A stretch of 63,838 bases of DNA, the filler included, from Sluysia triapertura (Eukaryota): assembly GCA_046118255.1 (NCBI GenBank). It is 5 parts of 5 records of this genome, joined end to end, with 100 filler letters (N's around TTAATTAATTAA, not from the genome) between each part and the next. Parts side by side here need not be neighbours in the genome. Positions count along the whole stretch, not along the records: positions 13,721 to 24,808 come from JBJNIA010189087.1; positions 24,909 to 36,154 come from JBJNIA010186858.1; 3 more parts are not named here. One strand, 5' to 3'. The notes beneath the pieces are model-generated. The model was not told the DNA's origin. It worked only from the letters and a program-made list of their open reading frames with translations, and ran no database searches. Both the position numbers and the translations under genes were made by a program. Every line of letters starts with the position of its first letter. Positions within the stretch are counted from its first letter, which is position 1. Of the stretch, positions 13,721-25,903 are shown in pieces.

Positions 13721-14654
13721 TTCGTAATCATTGGTCTTTAACTTTGTTCATATTTAAAATTTGAGATTAGCTTCAACCTGTTTCTGCAAGGAAAGATGGA
13801 AGTGGAAATTTTATGAATTTCAGTCAGGAATTTTGTACCCCAAAATTTTTAAAATGTTAAACAATCGAGTAAATATAATTATTGTAAATTTTATGAATTA
13901 ATTTTTATTTGTAAAAATAAAAATTTAAATTAATGATGTGAAAACAGAATGTTTAAATAAATGATTCTTTTAAAATTTAGTTAGAAAGTATCACTCTTGC
14001 AACAAAAACAGGAATTATGTGCAATAAATACTTGGATTGACACTTAAATAAGTCAGGATTTTAAGGAGAGGTATTATAAAATTAAAAATAAGTTTTATTT
14101 TTTAATTGTGTCCAAATACTTTAGCAATAATGATAATGACCATGTTCTCATGAAAATCACAATTTTAAATGTTCTAGTAATTTATATTCGATTATATTCA
14201 TTTTTTGAAAATGTAATTTACATCATATATTACAAAAATGTTTGTTCATAAATCTGTGTAGGTGATTTGCGTTTGATTAGTATTAGATGTTTAAGGTGGG
14301 AATGAATTTGTTACAATTCTTATAGTTATTGTTACATTGTATTTACCAATTAATTTTATGTGGTTCGATTTAATATAATTTGTAGACAATCTGGGATGTC
14401 TAAAATTACTTTCTAATAATTTAGGAGAATCTTCCCAAGTCTTATATGGTTTTTGCTTATTCTCTGGTATTTCAGTAGAAGTTGATCAAATTTATTAAAT
14501 ACAATATTGTTGCATATTGACTAAGATAATAATTAGTACAGATAGATATGTTGCATATTTTATCCTTAAAAAACTTTAGCGCTTTAAATATTTTGTCAAC
14601 TTATTATTAAAACATTTTATGCTACCTTTAATATTGAAATTATTAGCGAAATAA

Positions 14655-15290
14655 TCACCTTAGGAATAAAAAAAGCACTAAATCCAATAAATTAATGTCG
14701 ATAAAAATATCAAAATGTAAAGATTTAAGTTTGTATACAAATAACAAAAAACACTCACTGCAATCATACCACAATATAGTCTCATTTTTTACGAAGAATA
14801 ATGGTTGGATACTTAGAGAACATTGAGAAGTTATAAATTTTTGAATTGTATGTTCATAAAATATGAATTTGGAAACCGCAGCGATTCCTTTTTCAAAGTT
14901 TCGTTGCAATATGGTAGCGTAATTTTCCAGCAATTTGTTAAAGTTGCTATTACTATTGCGATTTAATTTGGTATATAGTACAATAACTCATTACAACATT
15001 TTTATTGTCAGAAATGTTGCAATGATAATATGGGAATTGATGCAGTTTTATGTAATAGTATGTGCGGACTATATCTTGATATGTCAAAATTAAATTTTGT
15101 GGATGTGTGATGTTGGTGGAGTAATATAATCGCAGAAGGATTGGACCACTACACCGTGAAATGGATATGTGCACTTATAATTCGTACATTTATAATTCGT
15201 TGCATTTAAATTGAAACGTCCAAACTCATAATTACAGCTTTCTGAATTCAAATTCCAATTTATGGGAAGCATCTGGTAATAGAAAAGTTG
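14655..15290 (-). pseudogene. Broken coding-like region of unknown identity
   Basis: Closely spaced, partly overlapping minus-strand ORF pieces separated by stops and frameshifts. No family recognised. Confidence 0.25.
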
Positions 15291-15299
15291 GCAGATCAG

Positions 15300-15923
15300 C
15301 AGGCACACCACTTTCATTTCGTTAAACAGCAAGGCAATTCCCAGATTCAATTCCACAAAACAAGAATACTTTTTCATGCTCAATCAAATACGTTACTTTT
15401 GTATTTCACACGAAAAAGTCCGAGAATATATTTCATATGCTCTGACTGCGATGTACCATTCTGTGTTCCAGAATGTATTCTCATTTTCACACAAATCTGC
15501 AATATGGAATCAAAAATATATTTCTTCCTTTTAATACTTATTACTAAAATAATATTTTATGAAGTAAATTTATGATTTAATTGTTAGTGTAATATAGGTA
15601 CAATATAATGAATTCAATCAATTAATAGATAATATTCTTTTAGCATTTGATTAGATTTACAAGGTACAATAAAAATAATAATTCTCAATAATAATTCTTC
15701 ACCTTAATATATTCAAAAATAATATTTTGCCTAGAAATAATTAAAAAATTTGATCAAAACGTTTAGCGGTTCTGCAGAGAATTTTTTTGGTAAAAATCAA
15801 AAGTTTTATTCTTCCTCGGGTAAACACACTCGCTCAAGCCAATTTTTTTATAGTGTAACTTTTTTTCACCATATCATTATGCCAAATTTCATGAAAAAAT
15901 AAATTCGGGACTCAAGAAGTTAA
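15300..15923 (+). mobile_element. piggyBac transposon 3' remnant (Cys-rich C-terminal domain plus right end)
   Basis: RIYFICSDCDVPFCVPECILIF matches the piggyBac CxxC.VPLC...CF motif. The region ends GGGACTCAAGAAG-TTAA, with TTAA at 15920-15923. Confidence 0.75.
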
Positions 15924-16201
15924 ATGAAATTATTAAGATTAATTATTGGATACGTCACATCATAATATAAATCATTCAATTCAAGATATAATAAGCAAAT
16001 CTAAGGAAGAAAGTCAAGGTAAATTAAAATATAATGAATGGATATTTTTGAGGCTCAAATGCTACCTAATACAATAAGGCTAAAGAAGTCACGATATAAG
16101 TTACTAAGAATATAAAGAATGTTTTGAAATGGTTCCAATTAAATCACAGAAAATTGCACTCTTCAAAGACGACAAGCGGTACTGACTGGAGAAGAATCAA
16201 A

Positions 16202-16202
<1 letters not shown>

Positions 16203-16248
<46 letters not shown>
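16203..16248 (+). repeat. (AAT)n microsatellite
   Basis: Read directly from the sequence. Confidence 0.95.
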
Positions 16249-17442
16249 TTTTAATAAATGTATTTATTTGTTTTTTTCTTTTCCGTTTAAGTTTTAATAT
16301 TAATAAATTGGTATCCTAATACATTTTAATAATACGATAAGGTTTAAGATTTGTGATTAAATATTAAGGATAAGAAGGCAATTGTCTATTATTCTTAAAA
16401 TGTAATCATATTCCTAAATGTATAGGTTTTGTGATGTTGGCTATTTTCTGTTACTATTTAGTAATATTTAATAACTGTTAGCAAAAATGTGATTGCAAAA
16501 TTAAGTTGATGTCATTGGACAGTCATCGTCATCGCTACAAGATTCGATATTTATTAGTGTATGAAAATTGTGATAAGCATAAAACCTTCGCAAGCATAAC
16601 CATAGTGTAGTGAACTCAGGATTAAAACACTACAATTGTACACATCATCTCAAGCAAACATCAACACATTCCTTATAGATAAAATATTGAACAAACTTCA
16701 ACAGAGTCTTACACCAAATATCAAACAGTACACATAAAACATAATCACAATTTTAATAATATATTCACTAGAATATCATAACTGTTATTGTTAGAATTAC
16801 TGTTGCTATTCCGTAGTTATGTATATTTTTTTATCAATCGTTTTCTAATTGAAGTTAGTATATATTATTTTTGATTTAGTATCTTGAGGTATGCATCATT
16901 TTGGATGCTCAATGTTTTCAGTGAAATTATGTAAAGAATTTAATTTAGAAAGAATAGTTGTGGTGTCACGCTTCAACATATATCATACATCTCATCCAGT
17001 ATCACCATTAATGACATCAACTACATCACAGACACAAATCACATCGAAATAAAACACATCTACAACGTCTGCAGTATCACACTGTATCCCCGGTAAATCA
17101 CAAACGCTTAATAAAATCTTTTTATTAAAATTTTTTTTATTTAAAATCCGTTATTAACACTTTCTTACATGTAACGCTTATTGTCACTTCATCATCACTG
17201 CAACACTACTCCTTATTCGTATTTATTATTGTAAACCATAAAGTTTTGCATATCGAAATTCTATGAGGATTTCATACAATTAATTTTGATACCTGACGGC
17301 TCAACTAAATCTCGAATTGAACGTAGGACTCAATCTATATTGTATAAAAGAAATCATGTACAAATATCACTAACAGAAGAAACCGTTACTAAAACAATTA
17401 AATCTAAGTAATACTGTCCACAACAGCGAGAATGTTATTTTC

Positions 17443-18186
17443 ATGGAAGATAACGTTGACGTTACGACTGATCTTTTTATTTTTTTTAATCAAACTATAA
17501 AGAATTATTCTTCATTATTTTGTGTTGCTGCTTCTAGTAATGAGCAAAAGTGCCAAAATGAATTGCTTAAAGATGTTTATCTAGGAGAGTTATTTCCATC
17601 TAGATTCTTTATGTTATCGCGCTCAGTTTGGATTGACCAATTAAGTATTCAGTGGCCAGATAAATTAGTGCAAACAAATTGGCGACAATGGGTTAATAGT
17701 GTTATGAACAGTATACAAGAGTATTGTGTTTGTCCCTTAATAAATCGCGAAAATTCTTTTGATGTGTCGGAAAATGTAGTTCCATCAAAATTTTCTCTTA
17801 TTTTAAATAATTCTAGTAATTATACTATAGAGCTAAATTCAATTTTGTCACATTTTTATGACACTTGGATAAACAGTTCTATTCATCAAATTAAACCAAA
17901 GACATTTTCAATTTATATTTCAACTTTATCTCAACTCTGTATTACTAATTCACGTATCACTTGTACAGATTTATTAGCAATTTCAAGTCGAAAAACATAT
18001 TTGAAAACCAATTCGACTATTTCTATTAGAATCCCAATGGAAGCCAAAGATGATACGCGAGCATGGCAAGAATCAAGAAAGTATTTAAATTTATCAATTC
18101 AAGAACTAGAATCGTGTTGGTATAAAAATACATGTTTTTTGTGCTTAAACAATGTGGGGATTATATTTTACAATTATTCATTATGA
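17443..18186 (+). CDS. Uncharacterised 247-aa ORF or large exon
   Basis: Long open frame in very AT-rich DNA with protein-like composition. Coding-like pieces upstream (16561-17090, 17250-17407). No domain recognised. Confidence 0.55.
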   Translation: MEDNVDVTTDLFIFFNQTIKNYSSLFCVAASSNEQKCQNELLKDVYLGELFPSRFFMLSRSVWIDQLSIQWPDKLVQTNWRQWVNSVMNSIQEYCVCPLINRENSFDVSENVVPSKFSLILNNSSNYTIELNSILSHFYDTWINSSIHQIKPKTFSIYISTLSQLCITNSRITCTDLLAISSRKTYLKTNSTISIRIPMEAKDDTRAWQESRKYLNLSIQELESCWYKNTCFLCLNNVGIIFYNYSL

Positions 18187-18536
18187 ATCATTCACATAAA
18201 AATAGTGTTCTTCAATTTTGCGAAACAAATGAACGTTATTAATATTATAGTTTTTTTATTATCCAAAATTTTATTATTTTATTTCATCATCTCTATTACT
18301 TTATTTTATTATATTTATTATTATTTTGTTATTTTATTACTATTAATTTTATTAATTCATTGTCATTGCTACTATTATTATTATTATTATTATCATTCCT
18401 CTATTACGTTATTTTTTGGCTCAATAATTACGATTTTGTTTTAATAACATTACTTTTTAAAAAATTTCCAGAATCTCGGATTATGCATCCTTTATAAATA
18501 AAATTACATTTTAAATAAAGTGCGTAAAATTTAAAA

Positions 18537-19298
18537 ATGTCAGAATTTGGAGATGATTTACGCAAGTGGACCCAATTATTAGAGATCTATGAACTAGAAA
18601 TTCAAATGTATACAATTCAGCGAAATAACAAGGAGCTTAGAATTCTTTGTAAACAGTCACTTCATGTTGAATCAACTATATCTCGTCCATTAATAACGGG
18701 TATTATTCGCGAATGTGGAGTACACACAGATTTTTTTGAAGTTTTCGAAAATCGTGATGAAAGTGGAAATCGGCGTCTCACACAGTGTCTCAAGTATTTG
18801 GTTTTACCTGGTATGTTAACGAAATCTGCGATCAATCCATTCGATCCTCGGGAGATGAGGCCTTACCATGATGATTCTGGAATTGTTGCGATGACTAACT
18901 TAGTATCTACTTATCAAGATAATGATGTAGAAGCATTCGGAACTCCAGTGCAAGATAATGCTGAAACTGTTATGAATGATCCGTCTCTTCGAGAACGTGT
19001 AGAAGAACTATTACGAATTATTCGAATTAGCTTGTTGCTTGGCTCGGTCAGAGCTTATGATTTGTTTAGTGTTGTGTTTTTATCTCGCTGTCTACCAATC
19101 AGTAACGCACAAGTAGAAGCCTTATTAGTAGATTGTTTAGCGGATCGAGCTGTTCGTAGTGGTAGAATCGATCAGGCAGCTAGGGTACTATTGGTGGAAC
19201 CAGGTCTACAAGAAGATGGGTGCCAAGAAGGGACAACTGTTGCAAAATATCGTGCTCCCGACAAATTTACTTCCGAAATGGAGAAGTGGCCTTTCTAG
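18537..19298 (+). pseudogene. COPS2: COP9 signalosome subunit 2 C-terminal (PCI) copy: truncated, intronless, divergent
   Basis: DDLRKWTQLLEIYELEIQMYT, GIIRECG, HTDFFE, CLKYLVL, INPFD, AMTNLVS and GRIDQ match CSN2. The N-terminal part is absent, the conserved GKMHLREGEFEK segment after IRECG is deleted in frame, and many conserved residues are changed. Confidence 0.85.
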
Positions 19299-19965
19299 TT
19301 GATCGATGTCATTCTTTTTTTTATTATATAAATCTTATGATTTATACATTTTTGTTAGTAACAAATTGGTTAATACGTGTTCCGTTGTCTTTTTGCCATT
19401 TGAATACCACGATTTAGATTTTATGTGTTGTATCGAACATTGAACTAGTTGATCGATGTTCATTCTTTATCTTATTATATAAACCTTATAATTTATACAT
19501 TCTAGTTAATAACAAATTAGTCGATACGTATTCCATTATCTTTTTATCATTTAAATACCACGATTTAGATTTTGTGTCGTATCGAACAATGAACTAGTTG
19601 ATCGATGTTCATTCGTCTTCTTATTATATAAACGTTATAATTTATACATTTTAGTTAGTAATAAATTAGTTGATACGTATTCCACTATATTTTTGTCATT
19701 TAAATATCACGATTTAGATTTTATATGCGTTTTAATGAAACAACGAACTATTTGACCGATGTTTGATTATCCTTTTATTAAATAAATATCATCACCTTAA
19801 AAGATTTAGTGGCAAACGACCTAACTGTTATTTACTTAGCTCCTTTTTGTTGAATAAACGTAGAGATCTTAAAAGACACCATGGTAGTCGATCCAATCCT
19901 TGTCGACTTTTCATTCTGGTACTGGGCAGGAAATTCAGATTTGAAGGATACTACGATAACTATCC
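19295..19965 (+). repeat. Tandem array of ~150-bp units, grading into ~72-bp diverged subunits
   Basis: CTAGTTGATCGATG starts units at 19295, 19445 and 19594, with a variant CTATTTGACCGATG at 19748. Confidence 0.85.
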
Positions 19966-20938
19966 ATGCGAAGTTGAGGAGTACGTAGGCGTAATGACCC
20001 ACTGTATGGCGTCACTGCTGGATCAAGGTGGCCTGTGTGAGGAGCAGCATGACGGATTTCGTCGACATGGAGATTACTGTCCATGTAAGGTTCTTCCTCT
20101 CGATAAAGTTTTATGTTTTAACAAAATAATTGTAGATGTACTCAAGTTTTACGTAAATAAAATCGTTGTATTTTCTTACTATAATTTTTGACCTCAAAGT
20201 TTTAATACAAAGTATTTCGAGTGCCTTAAGCACGAAGCCCATGATAATAAATCATTAATTTATAAACGACTTGACTTGACAGCAAGTTCTTCTTATGTAG
20301 TAGAAAAAATAGCTTTATTGAATATAAATAAAATTATAGTTTATAAAGTAATAATTCCATTGAACCTAAATAAATTGATAAACCAAGTTTTAAAAAACCA
20401 CTTGGCCACAACACATACAATTTCATTATACCCATTTTTAAGGAAACTACGATTATTAAACAAGATAAGAAAGTAAGTAAGTCAATACAAGTTAAGAAAA
20501 CAATTTCAGTAGCTAGCAATACAACTAAAATACCTAATAAAATCAATTTAATTAATCCTAAAATCTTTAACCACAATTATGACATTAAGGAATTTAAAAT
20601 CAACATTCACCTTTGCATCATCATATTCATGCTTTATGCTTTGCTTGCAGTCAATCTTGTGACTGAAAGCATAAAAATGTGTATAGGAATACCTCGCAGA
20701 TTGATACATACAATTAAAGTATATGATTAAATAGTATATATAGAAAAGTTATGAGTGATCGTTGTTGACGGTTTTATTTCTGTCCAACTGGTCACCTAAC
20801 TTTACAAAATATTGTTTAATATTTTGCATAGTTTTTACCATGTACATAAATTAGGATCATAACGTAGTACTTTAATTAATTAACTAATTAACTAACATTA
20901 AAATATTATTATTTTATTATATTTTTCTTTTTCAGTTA

Positions 20939-21343
20939 ATGTATTTTCAACGCTAGCCAATTTGTCAACGTTCCATTCATAAACACTTCATAAAAACATA
21001 TCCTTGTTTTCACAAATTTCATTTCAAATATATTAATTTATTTCATTACACTATCACAGAATATATGAACTGCCCTTTGTGCAGAACATCAGTAAAAGAA
21101 ATTTATACTTTTTATAAAGGAAAACAGCAATTTACATATACATTAGAAAAGGTTCTACAATATCTTCATGATCAACACAGAGAAGTCCAGGAGGTAGTGA
21201 TTAATCACCCTGAGCATTTTAAGAAAAATAATAAACACTCACTAGAGATACCGCCTCCAAATTTTCCTTCTCGGTTGACAAAGTCCCAGAAGCATAGTAG
21301 ACGTCGTCAAATAAGACGTCTTTACAAAAGAGCGGGTTTATAA
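20939..21343 (+). pseudogene. Decayed RING-H2 finger protein with a basic C-terminal tail
   Basis: From ATG 20939: MYFQR*PICQ...PCFHKFHFKYI...CPLCR. The first Cys is a stop and another Cys is Tyr. The ORF ends SRRRQIRRLYKRAGL. Confidence 0.7.
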
Positions 21344-21860
21344 AATAAGAATAAAATAATTAATCTATTTATTAAGAAAATCGTAGTTAAGATTTTTCTT
21401 TTTTTACTCCTAAAATCATATAAGGTGTTATAATTAAATAAATAAAAATGTGAAATATTTAAAATTATACTAACGTTTTATTTCATTTTTATGTACTCTT
21501 TTCACTCCTTTTATGTATATTATTTTATTTAGAACTGTAACATGAATACACAAGCAAAAATTATAAATAATATTACATCTTTTTACAACGGTATAGACCG
21601 TTATTGTGGTCAGAACGTCTCCCCTTTGTCTTTCTTTAAACCAAATTTAACCCCTAACATACTTAAGAATGGAATAAATATGCCATTTATCACTCATCTT
21701 TTTCGAGTGGTTAATTAGAAGCACCTCTAGTGGTAAACCTTTTACAAGTTTACCTTGAAAATAACCAAGCAATATTAATCGCGGCAGCAAGAGAGAACAT
21801 TAAAATAACAATGTATATAGATTTCAATCCTTTACAAATAAGACTCCATGTAGAATTTAC

Positions 21861-22589
21861 GTGGAACCGGTAGAGTTGCCCACTTCCTTTGCCATTCTAT
21901 TCACTTTAGAAGAGAGGAAGCTTAACTTAGAAAAATACCTTCTTCTATATAATTCAGACACAAATTCAGTTTATAAATGGGAAGAATTTGATACATTTAC
22001 ACATACACCAGAGATAGCATTGACAGAAAAATCCAACTTAGTGTTTATAGGAGTGCAATGTGCATTAGATTTTAAAGACAGACATCAAATAATCAAAATG
22101 TGCATGATACCATATCAAAAAACTTACCCCACCACAGAAACCATCAAGCCGAGGATACGAATCAAAAATTACTTGACAATTGACCACAATTTAAAGGAAA
22201 AAGATTTGGATAAAGCGAAAGATATAAGTGATATTAGAAAATTCTGGTTGACGTCCTTGTACAATAAAGTTCTGGTATATTTCTATCCAGAACTCATAAT
22301 TAAAACTTTGGCCATTCCATACGGTTGGTTGAGAGGTGTTGTAAATCTAACCTTCACCAACCTCGTATCTCAGAACTCATTGAATCCAATCTCGAGAACA
22401 AGAAGAGTTCTTCATTTGTTATACACTTTTGTCCCGAAATCATTCACGTGCGAACAACACACGAGGAACTCCATTTCTATTTTCGATATCTTAATAAACA
22501 AAGATGATTCGTTCCTACCACCAATAGATAGTTCTATCTCATCTCAAATTAATTCTTCTAAAAATAATAAAATCATTCCTTTCTCTTAA
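21861..22589 (+). CDS. DEDDh (REX/RNase T-like) exonuclease-fold protein lacking catalytic residues
   Basis: ETIKPRIRIKNYLTIDHNLKEKDLDKAKDISDIRKFWLTSLYNKVLVYF aligns by eye with REX-type D.LVKP...I.DY.T..SGIT..DL..A...L.GKILVGH. The ExoI DxE position reads GVQ. Frameshifted upstream coding starts near ATG 21542. Confidence 0.5.
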   Translation: MEPVELPTSFAILFTLEERKLNLEKYLLLYNSDTNSVYKWEEFDTFTHTPEIALTEKSNLVFIGVQCALDFKDRHQIIKMCMIPYQKTYPTTETIKPRIRIKNYLTIDHNLKEKDLDKAKDISDIRKFWLTSLYNKVLVYFYPELIIKTLAIPYGWLRGVVNLTFTNLVSQNSLNPISRTRRVLHLLYTFVPKSFTCEQHTRNSISIFDILINKDDSFLPPIDSSISSQINSSKNNKIIPFS

Positions 22590-24808
22590 TCTTCTTCTTT
22601 TTTACATTTACATAACAATACCTCTTGCTGCACAAATAACAATTGTAATATTTTTAATTTTTCATTCATTCACTCTGCTTCTTAAAAAAGAATTTTGTTT
22701 AATTACCTAAATAAACAATAAATTTTTTATTTATTTTTTTCATCGACTGTTCAATGAGAAGTACCAAGTTAGAACATCATTCAGTCTAACATATTGTTCA
22801 TATATTAATGATTTAAAATGATGTTTAAGATCATCATTTGTGAAAGTTTAAAAAATGCCATTAAAATTGCATAATTCAATATAATACAAATAAATTGTTA
22901 GACTTGCACTGATAAGTCATTTTTATGAAATCTAAGACTTCTCACAAATTTACTACTTAACTAATTAATTTATTTATTAAAATTACTTTCATATTTCATT
23001 TTATTTTAAAGTTTTTGATGAGCGTGTAATAATGTTAAACACCAACCAGTTTAAGTATCTATGTAAAACTAAAATGAATTAGATGGTACATAATTGAACA
23101 TATTTATCAATTATAAATATAATTATACATTTTTATGCTTAATTATTTTGTAGTATTGTTGTTGAATTCTATTATAAAAACTGAATATTTATTTGAATCA
23201 TTAATTCGAGAAAATAACCTTCAGCATTTAGTAATTTTTTTTATTCTAGTAATAATAATTTTAAAAAAATTTGCATAACAATAGTTTAAATATGATTGCT
23301 GATTTTAATGAATTTAAAGATAGTTATTAATCTTAATTTACAGTTTTGCCGATATAGTGTATAACCCTGGATTTTCCAACGAATTATAGAAAATTAATTT
23401 AAATGAATTATGTGATTTAATAAATATATATATTATATTAGAATATCATTTAATATAATTAATATTTATAATAAACAATAAAAATAATAATTGTTTATCT
23501 CTCTTATTACGTAATTGAGGTCTTTTTTCAAATGAATATTCGTAAATTCTATTTTCTTAGTAATCCTAGGATTACCAATAAAAATGTATGTCAAAATTGT
23601 CTGCATTGTACATATTTTTTATTTTCAATAAATAGCTTATAAATAATAAATACACTAATTCCTCGGAATGTTGTTGCTATGTTTAACTTTTCTCTAGGCA
23701 AACGGTTTTTATTCTGCTCAAGACATCAGTGTGCAATCCTACTATGTTTTTTCTTTCTACGTGAGGTTTGAATAGCGCAAAATTAAAATTTAAAATAATA
23801 ATTAAAAATTCACTTTTTATGAAGAGGAAGTGATTTTAAATTGTACGAGATATTTATAAAATTATAATAAAAAAGTTTAACAACGTCAACTTAATATATT
23901 TATTAATTATAAAAAATTAAAATAGCTGTGGATAATTTTGCCCATGTTTGGTAATCGTAGGTTAATAATTTGGAAATTTATTTATATTATACACAAGATA
24001 ACAGTTTATTACTTTTATTTTATTTTTAAAATTATTAAATTTTGCTGCGCAACATGTGAAAATTACAAAGAACAGCCATAATTTTTTAAGAGAAAGTATA
24101 TCAGAATAGTAACTAAATAAGTATTGTAAATAAAAATTCAAAATTCATACATGACACTTTCAATCATTTCCGCAACAGTAATGCTATGCATTCAACTACG
24201 CACCATTACATTTGTGTTGTTATCAATATCCTTAACATTCTTATTAATAATTTTAATATATTTTTAATATTATAGTTATTTTATTTTCGATTTTTGTTAT
24301 CATAAAAAGAATTTTCATGATTATTAATTATTACTGTTTTAACATTTATTTTTTAATTATATCATTTTTTCTCCTATATATATATATGGGTTTAAGTTTA
24401 CTTTCTTTCAACTTTTTCTTTCGAATTTTGTTTATATCTATTTTTTAGTACGAGAATTTTAAAGCCGGATAGCGGAATTAAATTAATAAAGTTATACCAC
24501 CCATTTGTTGTATCTTTAGAAATTATTAGCTACGATAAATCAGTATCAGTGTAATTAGCTTAAGAAGAACCTCACTATATCAAGTATAAATTTTCAGTAA
24601 TTCTCTTTGATAATAATAATTATTCACCCCAAAATTAGGTTTTTAAAAATCAAATCATTAACAACAGCACAATAATTTTTCTGGTTGAACAAAAATCAAA
24701 CACAAATTATTAATATTGCTGGGTGTTTTTCTTAATTTAAAAAACCTAACCTACAGCAAAATAATTAATTATTATGAGTCCGTTTACAGTATACGACTTA
24801 CTAATGGC

Positions 24809-24908
24809 NNNNNNNNNNNNNNNNNNNNNNNNNNNNNNNNNNNNNNNNNNNNTTAATTAATTAANNNNNNNNNNNNNNNNNNNNNNNNNNNNNNNNNNNN
24901 NNNNNNNN
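24809..24908. other. Artificial scaffold-joining spacer
   Basis: N44-TTAATTAATTAA-N44. Confidence 0.97.
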
Positions 24909-25589
24909 ATTGACCTGATATATCATAAGTATTAATTAGTCAAGCCTACGATAATATTTAAATTAGTGTTAGAACATTTTTAATGAAATATTTTAATAAA
25001 TATTAGTATCAATCATTTAAACAAAATTAATGTTTAGTAATTTTTGATTTATGTATCACTTTTTCAATAATAATTAAATGTTAATATTGAACATTTGTTT
25101 TATAATTATTGTATATTTGTGTTATTACAATTTTAATGTATAGTATTTTTTGCATGAATAATTTTGGCTAAAATGTATTAGTTTAAACAAAACAATTTAA
25201 TATATTTCTTATTCGATCTTTATTGATTATTTTGAAAGATACTGTAACAATTAGCAAAAAGTTTACTTTTTTATTAGTTTTATTTTTTGTCATTATTTAA
25301 TGTTATACTTTATTTTGAACAAATTCCAAAAATTTTTTCGTAAGTTCGGGAAATGAAAGATAATCGTAATAGGTTTTATTATAAATTTACAAAGATACAA
25401 ATGAAATTAAAATTTTAAATAATAATCTTAATATAATCATGCTAATTGGAAGTATGAAATTATAAAGTGTCTGAAATGTATTTTTTAAGTTCCTCTGCGT
25501 AAATTGAAATATTTGTTTTATGAATTTTCATTTTCGTAAAATGTGATTCATCATAATTTAATATCACAAAGATAACTTGACACTGTATT

Positions 25590-25830
25590 TTCTAATAATT
25601 AATTTCTTTAATTATTTTATTTAATTCTATTTTATTTTAATTATGTTACTTAATTATTTTTAATTATTTTATTTTAATTTTTGTTTAATTATTTTATTTT
25701 AATTCTTGTTTAATTATTTTATATAATTATTTTATTTCAATTTTGTTTAATAATTTTATTTTAATTTTTGTTATTAATTATTTTATTTATGTTATTAGTT
25801 ATTTTATTTCTATTCTTGTTTAATTATTTT
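25590..25830 (+). repeat. AT-rich degenerate minisatellite (TAATTATTTTATTTTAATTCTTGTT-like)
   Basis: TAATTATTTT units repeat upstream of the first visible SLC4 exon. Confidence 0.7.
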
Positions 25831-25903
25831 CTATATACATTTTGTGTCACGATATCCAAATAATTAAAAATGAATTAATCCAGAGTATCACTGATTTTTT
25901 CAG

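Noticed and set aside
19295-19760. CRISPR-like array
   Set aside because: The whole units are homologous, with no unique spacers. The context is eukaryotic and there are no cas genes.
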